A stretch of 64,000 nt of DNA from a virus (lineage: Duplodnaviria; Caudoviricetes): the IMG/VR virus record IMGVR_UViG_3300033120_001068, positions 25,023-89,022 of that record; one strand, given 5' to 3'. The position numbers were made by a program, and so were the translations under genes. Shown piece after piece: positions 50,041 through 61,475 of this stretch; position 1 is the stretch's first letter, and every line of letters begins with the position of its first letter. The notes below the pieces were generated by a model. It made no database searches. It worked only from the letters and a program-made list of their open reading frames with translations, and was not told where the DNA came from.

Positions 50041-52009
50041 GAGAAAGAATGGTAGAAGACCAAAATTAATTGATACCTCAGGAATACCTATCACTGTCCA
50101 ATATGAAGTCTTTGACTTTATTATAAAGTGTGTAGTGGAGGGAATACCTAAATCAGAAATTGAAGTAGAAGTAAAAAAGGAATTTAATAAAATAAAAACT
50201 CAAGAAAACTTTAATAAACTGTATTCAAAAAGTCTAAATTTTTTTAAAGACAATGCAGTAGATTTTTTACAGTTAGATGAGATTATAGTTTCTCATATTA
50301 GTATTTATGAGAAAGTTTATAAGTTCTTTTCTGACTTAGGTTATATACAAGGCAAGAGACAAGCAATGTTAGGAAAAGAAAAATTGCTTGGTTTTCATTC
50401 ATTCAATGTAGTTGATTATATTGAGGAGGTTGAGGTGCAAGAAGAATATAATCTAAGTTTACTATCAATTGAAGAAAGAAAATGGTTGTTTGAAAAAATT
50501 GCTCTTACTGGACTTCCTGATTTAACAAAAGAACTGGAATTACAATTAAGGAGAGATGTTTTAACAGATAGCTACTTTGAGTTCTTTAAATGGTCATTCA
50601 CTATTTTATTTCCTAATGAAAAATATGAAGATACTTTCCACATAAAATACCTTTGTGATTTATATCAGTCAGAGGTTGAAAGAATTATAAGAAGAGAAGA
50701 AAAAACAAAAGATATCATTGTAAATATCCCTCCAAGAACTTCAAAATCTCTTATAACTTCTGTTTGCTTGCTTGCTTGGATGTGGATTAAAGATCCTACT
50801 TTACCAATGATTAGTATTTCTTTTGATGAAGATTTAGTATTGTTAAATGCTCAATATTGTAAAGATATTATAAACTCAGTTGAGTATCAAGAATTATTTG
50901 GTCATATATTTCAAATAAGAAGAGATACAGATTCAAAGAGTTTCTTTATGAACTCAAAAGGTGGTTTTAGATTAAGTAAGACAACAGGGTCAAATATTAC
51001 TGGACACAAAGGGGTGGTGATAGTTATAGATGACCCACAAAACCCTAAAACTGCAGAATCAATTCTTAAAAGAAAAGAAACCATTGATTACTACACCAAG
51101 TCACTTTATAATAGATTAACTCCAATTGATATAGGGTTAAGAATCTTGATAATGCAGAGATTACATCAAGGAGACTTAACAGGGAATTTACTTGAAACTG
51201 CACCTGAGGATTATTACCATATTTGTTTACCTGCAATCCTTCAAGAAGTTGACCAAAAAGACTCACAAGGAAATTTAATAAAATCAATGGTTAGAGTTTT
51301 GCCTGAAAAACTTAAAGAAGGCTATATAGATAGATTATTGGATCCAAAAAGACTTTCACTTAAAACTTTAACTTCTTTTAAGAAAGTTTTAGGAACAAGA
51401 GGGTACTCAGGACAATATCAGCAAACCCCTTCTGATGAAGAAGGGGGAATCTTAAAAGCAGCATGGTTTGATATTGTTAGACCTGAATTTATAACAAGAG
51501 ACCCTCAGCAATCTCCTATACACTTTTTCCTTGATACTGCCTATACTGATAATAACGAAGATAATGACCCTACTGCAATACTTGTAGGATTTGAGAAGGA
51601 AGGCTACCTTTATATTCTTGATGTGATAGAAGTATATTTGACTTTCCCTGATTTAGTGAAATTTATTCCAGAATATTGTGGAAGATTTCAGTATTCAACT
51701 CAATTATCAAAAATCTATATTGAACCAAAAGCAAGTGGTAAAAGTATTGCTCAACAGTTAAGAAGTACCACAAAACTAAATATAATAGAACTCCCTCCTC
51801 CTGTGGATGACAAAGTGACAAGGGCTAACTCAATTTCTCCTATTTGTGAAGGTAGAAGAGTTAAATTGGTAGAAGGGTCATATATTCAAAACTTCCTTGA
51901 CCAAGTTAGACTTTTCCCTAATGCCGTTCATGATGACATGGTGGATGATTTAGTTAACTTTGTAAATACTTTATTGGTAAATGATAACCCTGATGTCTTA
52001 TGGATGTAA
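50033..52009 (+). CDS. terL: Terminase large subunit with an extra N-terminal domain of about 170 aa
   Basis: NIPPRTSKS, VIDDPQNP, IMQRLH, GQYQQTP, FLDTA, IEPKASG and HDDMVDD. Confidence 0.92.
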   Translation: MSRRKNGRRPKLIDTSGIPITVQYEVFDFIIKCVVEGIPKSEIEVEVKKEFNKIKTQENFNKLYSKSLNFFKDNAVDFLQLDEIIVSHISIYEKVYKFFSDLGYIQGKRQAMLGKEKLLGFHSFNVVDYIEEVEVQEEYNLSLLSIEERKWLFEKIALTGLPDLTKELELQLRRDVLTDSYFEFFKWSFTILFPNEKYEDTFHIKYLCDLYQSEVERIIRREEKTKDIIVNIPPRTSKSLITSVCLLAWMWIKDPTLPMISISFDEDLVLLNAQYCKDIINSVEYQELFGHIFQIRRDTDSKSFFMNSKGGFRLSKTTGSNITGHKGVVIVIDDPQNPKTAESILKRKETIDYYTKSLYNRLTPIDIGLRILIMQRLHQGDLTGNLLETAPEDYYHICLPAILQEVDQKDSQGNLIKSMVRVLPEKLKEGYIDRLLDPKRLSLKTLTSFKKVLGTRGYSGQYQQTPSDEEGGILKAAWFDIVRPEFITRDPQQSPIHFFLDTAYTDNNEDNDPTAILVGFEKEGYLYILDVIEVYLTFPDLVKFIPEYCGRFQYSTQLSKIYIEPKASGKSIAQQLRSTTKLNIIELPPPVDDKVTRANSISPICEGRRVKLVEGSYIQNFLDQVRLFPNAVHDDMVDDLVNFVNTLLVNDNPDVLWM

Positions 52010-52731
52010 AGAAAACAAGAATTAAAAAAACAATTCCTAAAAAAGGGTCTTATGATGATTTAACTCAACAAGCAGTTGAGTTATTTAGAAAAGGATGGTT
52101 GAGAGAGAAAATAGTAAAAAAAATAGTTGAAGAAAGTAATCTTGCACTTGATACTGTTTACTCAGTTATAGTTGTAAGAGCAGCACAGATTTTAGCAGAT
52201 GAGCATATTATAAAAGGAGAAGAATTTATAGGCTTACATATTGAGAGGTATAATAAAGATATTGAGTCACTTTTAGAAAAAGACTATTCAAATATTGAAG
52301 ATCTTGGTAAAAGAATATCAGCAGAGATTAGAGATAAGTTTGAATTGTTAAATCTACTTTATCAGAAAGAAAAGTTTTTACAACTTCATTCAAAGACAAC
52401 AGTCATAAAATTGCAGAATAGCAAGAAGAAAAATATTAAAATAAACTTTTTTAAGTTATCAATTTTAACTAAAATTAAAATGCTACAAATAATTGACAAG
52501 TCAAAAGGGATTGGTCAGTTAAGTACAATTATAACTTCTAAATATACTGATAAAGATATTGAAGAAGCAGAGGTTGTGGAAGAAACAGAAACTAATATTT
52601 CAAAAATTAAAATGCTTCAAATTTCTCCTGCCTCACCAATTGAAGAACCAGGAACCTTACTTTCTGTAACTGAGAAGATAAGACAAGCCTTGGTAAAGAA
52701 GGCAATGAAAGACTTTAATATAAAGGAGTAA
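52000..52731 (+). CDS. Possible terminase small subunit, paralogous to the TerL N-terminal domain
   Basis: Helical HTH-like start; LHIERY and QKEKFLQLHS motifs; adjacent to terL. Confidence 0.45.
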   Translation: MDVKKTRIKKTIPKKGSYDDLTQQAVELFRKGWLREKIVKKIVEESNLALDTVYSVIVVRAAQILADEHIIKGEEFIGLHIERYNKDIESLLEKDYSNIEDLGKRISAEIRDKFELLNLLYQKEKFLQLHSKTTVIKLQNSKKKNIKINFFKLSILTKIKMLQIIDKSKGIGQLSTIITSKYTDKDIEEAEVVEETETNISKIKMLQISPASPIEEPGTLLSVTEKIRQALVKKAMKDFNIKE

Positions 52732-53240
52732 TGAGAGAGGAATGTTTAGGATGTAACTTAGAAAAGTTTTTAGTTAATAGAAAATATAAGTTATGTGAAG
52801 ACTGCAACCATTTTAGATTACATGGTAAAACTAAGTATGAGTCATTGCAAGAACAACAAACAAAGTCTTTTCTTAAAAAAAATACTTCTAAACCAAAACA
52901 AATAAGACAAGTTGGTTCTAAACAGTCAGTTGTAAATGGTTTACTTTCTAAACTTAAAAACAAGGTTAGAAAAGAGGCACAAGACCAAGATATGTATTAC
53001 TGTTGGGGTTGTGGAATAGCAGGAGAACAATTAGACTGTTCTCATATTTTATCAGTAAAACAAAGGAAGGATTTAGAATTAGATCAAGAAAATATTAATC
53101 TGTTTTGCAGAACCTGCCACAACAAATGGGAACATGGAAATATAGTTCAACAAACCTCCCTACTAACTTTTGAAAAAGACTTACTTTATATCAAAGAAAG
53201 AGATGAAATGAGGTATAATAAAATAATTGAAAAGATTTAA
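52731..53240 (+). CDS. HNH endonuclease
   Basis: CWGCG...CSHIL...NINLFCRTCHNKW. Confidence 0.8.
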   Translation: MREECLGCNLEKFLVNRKYKLCEDCNHFRLHGKTKYESLQEQQTKSFLKKNTSKPKQIRQVGSKQSVVNGLLSKLKNKVRKEAQDQDMYYCWGCGIAGEQLDCSHILSVKQRKDLELDQENINLFCRTCHNKWEHGNIVQQTSLLTFEKDLLYIKERDEMRYNKIIEKI

Positions 53241-53242
53241 TT

Positions 53243-53316
53243 TTTTTTATTTAAAATACTTTTATTTAAATAAACTTTAATTATATTTATACTAACAACT
53301 CAAACACAAATAAAAA
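53243..53316 (+). promoter_or_regulatory. Phage promoter repeat copy (identical to 29423-29496)
   Basis: 74 bp exact match. Confidence 0.8.
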
Positions 53317-53324
53317 TTAAAGTT

Positions 53325-54854
53325 ATGAAAAAAGTAATTGGATTTGCTACACAGTTTTACACCCTTTGGGATTACGAAGCAGTACCTAAGTATAAAACTG
53401 ATAGTTATGGAAACCACCACCAAACAGGTGTTAACCATAATTACTACTACATAAAGAACGTATCAACTGATATTGACAAGGTTAAAGCATTATTCCCAAA
53501 TGTTGAGATTGATACCGAGTTGAAGGGTACAAGTTCATTTACTAAAAATGAAAAAATGGATTTGCCCGAAGGATATTTTTGGAGTGGAAAATATGCAGGT
53601 AAATTGATTAATGAAATTATAGAGAGTGATTTTGAATACTGCCTTTGGAGTGCAGAAAATTATAATATGCCATACATCATTAACCATCCAAAATATATTG
53701 CTTATTTTGAAGCTATTGAGCAAAAAAAGAGATTGGATATTGAAAATGCACCGACAGTAAAAGTAGGCGATGTAGTTGAGTTGGAGTTTTTAAGGAATGG
53801 TTATAATGCAGATGAAGAATATACTGAATGCTGGACAGAAGCAAGACTTGGAGAAGTTGAGTTGAAAGTATTGTGTAGTGGAGTAAAACCAGTTGGTGGG
53901 TTATATCCATACCTTATGCCTACAGTGAATGGTAAAAGTCAGAAAACAAAAGGTAAAACTATTGAAGTAAAGATATTGGAGGTTTTTAATACCAATATCT
54001 ATGAAGGAATGGTTGAACAACAAATAAGAATAGCATAGTCAAACTCAAATAAATAAAAAAAATCGAAATGCAAGTAAAAACTCAAAGTCAAATAACAGCA
54101 GCAGCAAGTCAACTTATAAACTTAGCATGTTGTGAATTAGGAATTAACTTAATCTCTTTCAATCAAGTGAAGATAGTTGGAGACAGAATTTTGTTTAACA
54201 GTAAATTCCAGTTAACAAAGAGGAGTATTGAAATTCCAAGTGAAATTTTCATTTTCCCTATTGAAGCAAGAAGACAATCTTCTTTATATAAAAATTTCTT
54301 TAAACATGGTTTCAGGACAAATGTACTTTCCAATAAAGCAGAATCAACTTTGAAAATAAGATTGGAAACAAGTTTAGGAGACCTTTTCAATAAATACAGT
54401 TCTTTTTTGAATGGTGAAGATTTAGGACTTTTAAAATTTTAGTTATGAAAAACTGGATGAGAAGACATAGAATAAAAATGGAAACCAATGAGATTTATAG
54501 AATTGTAGTTTGTGCAATTATTGGTTCCATTTTTGCAGTAATTGCTTTTATTTGTGCAATTATATTTTTCAAGATAGTTTGTTGGTATATAATAAATCTT
54601 GATGATATAGTAAACTGGTTTAAATGTTTAGTGTAAAGACAGTGAAAGTGAAAAGAAACAAAGATATAAATTGGTATTCTGATTGTGTAGGATTAGTGTT
54701 TTTGGTGCTCTTTATTGAGGGCACCGATTTTTACCAACTAAGTCCTAATCTTCTTCTTTCTATACATGATGTAGAAATAGTTAAAAAACAAGATTCAAAT
54801 TTTGGAATCTTTAATTTTGAGGCTATACAAAATTTTCAAAAAATCCAAAATTAA
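53325..54854 (+). CDS. Accessory hypothetical ORFs (53325-54038, 54068-54442, 54445-54636, 54624-54854)
   Basis: Intact ORFs; 54445-54636 has one transmembrane helix. Confidence 0.5.
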
Positions 54855-55197
54855 TACAATGAAAAAGTATTTTAGTAGTATTTTAGTAGTATCTTTTTTG
54901 ATGCCTTTGTTTTCTTTTTCAGAGCCTCCTTCTGAAATTATTGAAAGAAAAATAGTTCCATTTGGTCAACAAGAAAATACTATCAGTTCAACAAGTGAGA
55001 AATTACAGGATATTAATATAATTTCTGAGGAATTGTCTTATAGGATTGAAAATGATGAAGGACAAAAGTTTAATCTTTGCTTTGCAGAAGATGGAGAAAT
55101 AAAGGCAGTTTTTAATATGACATTAGAAACTTTTATTTTGAGATATGACAGAATAGAAGACACTTATTACATAATAGTAAATAAAAAAACAAAATGA
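54819..55197 (+). CDS. Secreted/periplasmic hypothetical protein
   Basis: Likely start MKKYFSSILVVSFLMPLFSFS, which reads as a signal peptide. Confidence 0.45.
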
Positions 55198-56378
55198 AAA
55201 AGTATTTAGATTTATTGGAAACCATTTTAGAAAATGGAATCTTAAAAGAAGAAGCAAGAACAGGAATGCCTAACACCATTTCCATATTTGGGGAACAGTT
55301 GAGATTTGATTTATCAGAAGGGTTTCCTTTGTTAACCACCAAACCAATGTTTTTTAGAGGCATAGTGGTAGAGTTGTTATGGTTCATGAAAGGTGATACT
55401 AACATCAAGTTTCTTGTTGATAATAGATGCAATATTTGGAATGAGGATGCTTATAATTATTATCTCAAAAAGTGTAAGGAAAGTTATTTTATAATGGATC
55501 AATCCATTGAAGAAGGTCCAGATGGTTTTTATCCATTATGTTTCGATATGTTTATTGAAGAAATAAAAAATACTGAAGGTGTAGTTACTTGTTTAAAAGA
55601 TAAAAACTATACTTTTGGTGATTGTGGTGAACAGTATGGTAAGTTGTGGAGAAAATGGTCTAAGGGTAATCAATATGAATTTGAAGGAGAATTTACTCCA
55701 TCTGAAGAAGTAGATCAGTTAAAGGAACTTCTTGAAGGATTAGAAAAGAACCCTATGTCAAGAAGACATATAATTACTGCTTGGAATCCAGCAACTTTAG
55801 ATGATATGGCATTAAATGCTTGCCATGTCTTGGTACAGTTTAATTGTAGACCATTAACTTGGGAACAAAAACTCGAATGGGCTAAAAGAAATATTAATCC
55901 TGATTATTTTGAGAATCTCTATATCACCGAATTAGCAAGTAGTGATAGATGCCCAAAATATTATCTTGACTGCCAATTGTATCAAAGAAGTGCAGATGTT
56001 GTCTTAGGTGTCCCTTTCAATATTGCTTCTTATGCTTTATTAACAATGATAATTTCAAAAGTTGTTAATATGGTTCCAGGTGACTTTATACACACTTTTG
56101 GAGATGTTCATATTTATGAATCTCATATAGAGGCAGTTAAAGAACAAATACAAAGAAAGCCTATGGAACTTTCAAAATTGAACATAAACACAGAATTCTG
56201 GGCTACTGAAAGTGGAAGTTGTGGGGAAGGAAAATTGAGTGTTAAAAGATTTTTAGATGACTTGAAAGATTCAAACTTTATTAAATGTCTTATAGAACAA
56301 GACATCCAACTTGAAAGTTATGTAAGTCATCCTAAACTTGAAAACCCAACTGAATTATTTACAGGATTAAAAAAGTAA
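55194..56378 (+). CDS. thyA: Thymidylate synthase with insertions
   Basis: FPLLTTK, ELLWF, SRRHIITAWN, ALNACH, YQRSAD, PFNIASY and GDVHIY. Confidence 0.95.
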   Translation: MKKYLDLLETILENGILKEEARTGMPNTISIFGEQLRFDLSEGFPLLTTKPMFFRGIVVELLWFMKGDTNIKFLVDNRCNIWNEDAYNYYLKKCKESYFIMDQSIEEGPDGFYPLCFDMFIEEIKNTEGVVTCLKDKNYTFGDCGEQYGKLWRKWSKGNQYEFEGEFTPSEEVDQLKELLEGLEKNPMSRRHIITAWNPATLDDMALNACHVLVQFNCRPLTWEQKLEWAKRNINPDYFENLYITELASSDRCPKYYLDCQLYQRSADVVLGVPFNIASYALLTMIISKVVNMVPGDFIHTFGDVHIYESHIEAVKEQIQRKPMELSKLNINTEFWATESGSCGEGKLSVKRFLDDLKDSNFIKCLIEQDIQLESYVSHPKLENPTELFTGLKK

Positions 56379-56380
56379 AC

Positions 56381-56581
56381 ATGAAATCATTTTTAATACT
56401 ACTCTTACTCTTACTTACAATTAGTTGTAAGAGTAGTAATAAAGTCATCTCAGACAAAGTAGAATACTTTGATGATATTTGTTCTGTATGGTTGATTGAA
56501 AGAGATAGTACAGGTGAGGTGAAGTTAATTTTAGTTAATTATATTGGTTGTCCAGGCAACCCAGATTCAAAAAGAAAATAA
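56381..56581 (+). CDS. Small lipoprotein
   Basis: MKSFLILLLLLLTIS|C lipobox. Confidence 0.65.
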   Translation: MKSFLILLLLLLTISCKSSNKVISDKVEYFDDICSVWLIERDSTGEVKLILVNYIGCPGNPDSKRK

Positions 56582-56583
56582 TT

Positions 56584-57088
56584 ATGAATATTTTAGAAGT
56601 AGCTAATTTAGAACCAAATACAAAAGTGTATAGGGTAGCTGGGACAAAGGTAGATTCTTTTATAGTTTTAGGAAAACACCCAGATAGTTCTAAACATTAT
56701 GTTTATTTAATAAGTGGTTACAGTGTGTCAGAAGTAGTTTCTTTCTACTTGAAAAATTCAATTGAGAATAATACTTTCTTTACTACTTCTTATGAGGAGG
56801 CTAAGAAAAGAATGTGGGAAAATTTAAAAGAAGAAGTTTCTTCTAAAAATAGAATATATATGGGAGGAAAAGAAAGTTTAGATTTTACTAAAAAATAACT
56901 ATATGTCCAAATTACTTTTAAAAAGAAAATTGTGTGAAGATAATAAGTTGATACTTAAACTATTCAAAGAAGAAAGAAATAAACTTGAACAAAAGCTATC
57001 TGTAAATACTAAAAAATACATTAAACCAATAGAAACAAAACTTGAAATATTAAGACTAAAAATTGATGAACTTGAACTAAAAAAATAA
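56584..57088 (+). CDS. Two hypothetical ORFs (about 56584-56898 and 56903-57088)
   Basis: Intact ORFs between thyA and DHFR. Confidence 0.45.
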
Positions 57089-57091
57089 TTT

Positions 57092-57706
57092 ATGAAAGCA
57101 ATAATGGCAGTAAACAAAAAAGGATTTATAGGCCTTAATGGAAAACTCCCTTGGTCATGTAAAGAAGATTTAAAACATTTCAAAAAGTTAACTTCAACCT
57201 CTGAAATAAATGAAGTCCCAATCCTACTTGTAGGTCATAACACTGCACTTACTCTTCCACCTTTAAAAGGCAGGGAAGTAAAAGTGTATAGAAGAAATGA
57301 GATAATTGGTATGAAAAATATTGATTGGTGTATAGGAGGAAAAGCAACTTATGAGAAATTTTGTCACCTTTTTACTGAACTTCACATTTCTTATATCAAT
57401 GATTATACCATTGGAGATACCCTTCTTCCCGATTTAAAAACACTTCCCACAACTTGTAAGATTTTTAGATATGGTTTTGAGGCAGATGAGTCATGGGGAG
57501 GGACAGAAGAAGCTTCAATATTTGAAGAATCACAAAATGAAGTATTAAAGGAAGATAAAGTGTTAACTAACCTTGATGAAGCAAAGAGACTCTTGGAAAT
57601 TGAAAGACTAACCAATAATTCAAAAGAGTTATCAGTTACATTAACTAATCTTGAAACTTCAATTTTATGGAGAAAGGAGGATGTAAAGATAAAAGGCATG
57701 AGATAA
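57092..57706 (+). CDS. folA: Dihydrofolate reductase with a C-terminal helical hairpin extension
   Basis: IGLNGKLPW..KEDLKHFK, PLKGR, CIGG and GDTLLP, plus about 60 extra residues. Confidence 0.85.
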   Translation: MKAIMAVNKKGFIGLNGKLPWSCKEDLKHFKKLTSTSEINEVPILLVGHNTALTLPPLKGREVKVYRRNEIIGMKNIDWCIGGKATYEKFCHLFTELHISYINDYTIGDTLLPDLKTLPTTCKIFRYGFEADESWGGTEEASIFEESQNEVLKEDKVLTNLDEAKRLLEIERLTNNSKELSVTLTNLETSILWRKEDVKIKGMR

Positions 57707-57752
57707 GTATAAAATTCACATCAGAAAGGTTAAACAAGACTAATTAACATAA

Positions 57753-58070
57753 ATGGAAACAGAAAAAGAGTATTTTAGAAAGAGGTTTGATGAAGTTGTA
57801 AAAAGATATAATTTCAAAGTTAAACCAATGGAATGGCCAAATAGTGAAAGAACACCTTGGAGTCCTGAGTATATTGAACCAATTAAGTCTAAAATGAGAA
57901 CAAAAGTTATTCATTCTGAAACTGATTGTTCTTGGAAAGTTGTGAATAAACAACTGGGAGAGGAATATGAAATTGCAGTAGTCCCTTATGTAGAAAGCAC
58001 ACACCCTTTTACCAAACAAGAGTCTTATAACCATGCAATCTTTATTTCCAATTGTTTTAATAGTAAGTAA
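57753..58070 (+). CDS. Hypothetical protein
   Basis: Intact ORF. Confidence 0.45.
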   Translation: METEKEYFRKRFDEVVKRYNFKVKPMEWPNSERTPWSPEYIEPIKSKMRTKVIHSETDCSWKVVNKQLGEEYEIAVVPYVESTHPFTKQESYNHAIFISNCFNSK

Positions 58071-58165
58071 TCTAAATTTTCTAAAATGAAACTTTGTTTA
58101 AAAGCATATAAATGTGCTTTTCCTGACTTTTTGTAGATACCTATAATTTTTATATGTGGTAAGCA

Positions 58166-58240
58166 TTTTTTATTTAAAATAATGTTATTTAAATAAACTT
58201 TAATTATATTTATACTAACAACTCAAACAAAAACACAAAC
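58166..58240 (+). promoter_or_regulatory. Phage promoter repeat copy
   Basis: TTATTTAAATAAACTTTAATTATATTTATACTAACAACTCAAAC. Confidence 0.8.
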
Positions 58241-58247
58241 TCAGATT

Positions 58248-58526
58248 ATGAAAATCACAACAGAAAATAACAGCTACTTAATATATACAATATTTGAGGA
58301 TAGAATTGATATTGACAATATTAAGTTTTATTCTAAAAGTGATGGAAGTAAACTTATCAAAGAACTGAAAAATATAGCTTACGAAATGGGGTTGCCTATT
58401 GAGTTGTATGCTGAACCTCAAGATGACACTATTTCACAAGAAGGTTTAAACGCTTTTTATGAGAAAAACGGATTTGAACTACATCCTGATGATGTTGATT
58501 ATTCTTACTATATATGGGGGAATTAA
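58248..58526 (+). CDS. Minimal GNAT-fold acetyltransferase-like protein
   Basis: GSKLIKEL..IA...G.PIELYA......LNAFYEKNGF. Confidence 0.6.
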   Translation: MKITTENNSYLIYTIFEDRIDIDNIKFYSKSDGSKLIKELKNIAYEMGLPIELYAEPQDDTISQEGLNAFYEKNGFELHPDDVDYSYYIWGN

Positions 58527-58580
58527 TTATGAAAGACTTGATTGAAATAATAAATACAGATAACTAACAAAATATAATTT

Positions 58581-61475
58581 ATGAAACGATTTAAAATTAT
58601 TGATCCAAGTGGAAGGAGAGAAACCACAAAGCACGACACGATACTTGAAGTAATCAAAGAACTAAACTCAAGTAGTTGTGATTTATCTTTACAAAACTAC
58701 TTTGTTGAGTGCGTTATTGATGATATTGAAATTAGTGCAGACGAATTATTAGAGGCATGGAGAGAAGGAGAAAGACCCGAAGATTTGCAAATGTTTTAAT
58801 TATGAGAAAAAATTATAATAATCCTAATTAAAAACTTAGAAACACATGAATAAGATAAAAGCAATACAAAAAGGAACAGCAGAGGATGGGATTTATTTCA
58901 GAACTTTCAAAACCAGTTATGAAATTAAAAATAATCCAAACCCAGATAATGTAGTAGATGAAATCAAAGAAACTTTCAAAATTACTTTGTTAGGGGAAGG
59001 ACAAACAATAAAAGAAAAATCTTTAGTTTATGAAGGATTTAAAGATAATAAACTTGTGTTTACTATGACTAAGGATAACTTAATTATTTGGTATGAATTA
59101 TCTAATCAAGGGAGAAGCGAACAGTTTACTTGCTCTTGTGGAATACCTCCTGCTATCAGATTATGTGAAGGTATTGAAACTTGCTTAAAATGTGGAGACG
59201 AATTGAGCAAGTAAATTGCCTACAATGATAAAAATAAATACAGTAACGACATGTTAACCAATCTAAAATAAAAGAACAACCCCAATGAGTCACATTAGAA
59301 CAGAGGAGGAGGAGGAATATTCCTATTTAGTTAATCTTTACAAAAAAGGTAAGAATAAAACCATCACTTGCCAATGTTGTGGTAAGGATTATGAAACCAA
59401 CATCAATAGACTAAGATGTTCTGAGAAATGTTCCAAGATAATGAAGTTCAGAAGACAAAAAGAAAATAAAAAACTTAGGTTATGAAACAACAATTATTAG
59501 AAAAGGCTCTTAAATTAGGATTTAAGAGTAAAATATCAATTGTACATGAAAATCTTAAAGTTTCTGATGGAGGAATAACAGAAAAATTGCTTTATTATTT
59601 ATGGTTATGTGAATTACAAAAATGGATTAGAGAAGTTCATGAAATTCATATTAATATAGATAGAAGTTATGAAAGAGGTTTTTATTTATATGAATATTTT
59701 ATAGATAAAAATTATCAAGAATTTGGATTTAAAACTTATGAAGAAGCTTTAGAAGAAGGATTACTTACGGCATTAAATTTACTACCATGAAAGAGAAAGT
59801 TAGAATAAATCATTTAGCTACAGGCAAACCAAGTCAATTATATTTTGATATAAAAGGAAAGTTAGGCTTCAGTGAAGACTATAGAGTACTCCCTTTTGGA
59901 AGAAAAAACCAGCATTTGTATTTTACAAGTTATCGAGATCTTGAAGTAGGGGATTATGTATTGTCTAAACTATATGGATTGGGCAAAGTTGTCTCCGATA
60001 ATTGGGCAGACAAAGATGGTAAAACACCAATGTTAGTTCAATTTAAAGAGAAGGCTATTATGTTCGGAAAAGATGGTTCTTACAAGGATGATGGAAATAA
60101 GATATATGATAATGACTGTTATAAAATAGTTGCAACAAATGATACTTCTTTATGGGAACATGATGATATGGTTCCGTATCCTAAAACAAGACCTGCTTTG
60201 CCTAAAATACAGCAGTCTTTTTTAAAAAACTATGCTAAAGCTGATGGTAAAATTGATGAAGTAGAAGTTGAGTTTCATGAAATTTATATTGATGAAAAAA
60301 CAGGAAATCAGATAAATTATTTTGGGTATGAATTTGATGAAGCAGTTCATGAAGGGTTAATGGTGCCTAAGAAGATAATTAAAATCAAAGTAGATCTTAA
60401 CAACTGTGTTAGTACTCATCCAGTTAAAGATAGTTGGAATAGAAAAGACTGTGTTGACAATATTAAAAACTTTGCAAAACATTTTGTAGCAAATGCAGAT
60501 ACAGAATATTGGCAAAAAGAGTTTGATGAATGGATTGAAAAAAATTTATAAAACAAAAATTATAGTAATATGAGTGAGCAAGAATTATATGAACTGAACT
60601 CTTTGAAGAAAAAGATAGAAGACCTTAAATTAGAATTATCAAAGAATGATATTTCTAACTTTAAAAAAAGATATGCCACAAAAGTTATTTCTTTTCCTAA
60701 GAATGTTAATGTAAGAGTACAAGTTGACATACTTCCAGGGAATTTAAGTTCTTTCACCTCTGAAACAATTACTATTCCATTAGACGAATCACAAATTAAA
60801 TTTCTCTACAATCAGCATATTAATAAACTGAGAGGCGAGTTGTATTATGCAGAAAATAAGTTTGAGAAAATAAAAGTTGAGAAGGGATGAAGTCAGCAAT
60901 GGAAAAGTTTTTTAAGGATAAAAGTGTCAAATTAGCTGGCTTAGAATCTTAAATAAAGGGAATAAAAAAGGTGGTTATAAAAGTTATGATTGATTCTAAT
61001 ATATGAAAGCCTCAGTGTTCATTGAATATAAGATGTAAGGTCTTGGTAAAATGAAAAAGTTTTATTAATATTAGAATTATTTATTTAAAAGTTAGTCAAA
61101 AGTATGGGAAATTTAGAGGAAGAAAAGGGTGACTTTATCCCTTTATTAGAATGGGAAGAAGGTTTTATGACCATTCCAGAATTTAGAGATGAGTTGTTAT
61201 CCCTTTATGGATCCACCAATTCTGGAAAGGCAGTGAACATAAATTTTACTCATTATTTAATTCAACAAGGAAAACTCCCTTTTTACATGGGTGGTAATGA
61301 ATTGGAGGTTAGAATATGGAGAAGTCAAAAGGTGGTTAGGGTTTCTAATGTTGTTAGGACTGCAAGTAAAGGGAAAGGGAGAATTAATTATTCTACAATC
61401 AGGAGAATGGGAGGTATGCTGAAATACAAAGGAAAAGCATACAAACCAACCATCTTTGAAAAAGAAGAAGTATAA
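58581..61475 (+). CDS. Accessory hypothetical ORFs (58581-58799, 58846-59214, 59285-59485, 59482-59790, 59787-60551, 60570-60890, 61104-61475)
   Basis: Intact, co-oriented small ORFs; several carry Zn-finger-like Cys pairs. Confidence 0.5.

Noticed and set aside
55194-56378. ThyA homologue acting as a pyrimidine hydroxymethylase
   Set aside because: It keeps the dUMP-specifying Asn (PFN) and is near DHFR, consistent with an ordinary thymidylate synthase.
59214-59270. Possible collapsed second attC-like site (TTGCCTACAATG...TGTTAACC)
   Set aside because: No convincing paired arms; the similarity is too weak to call.
60888-60955. 21 aa micro-ORF in the 60890-61104 gap
   Set aside because: Too short and featureless to support.
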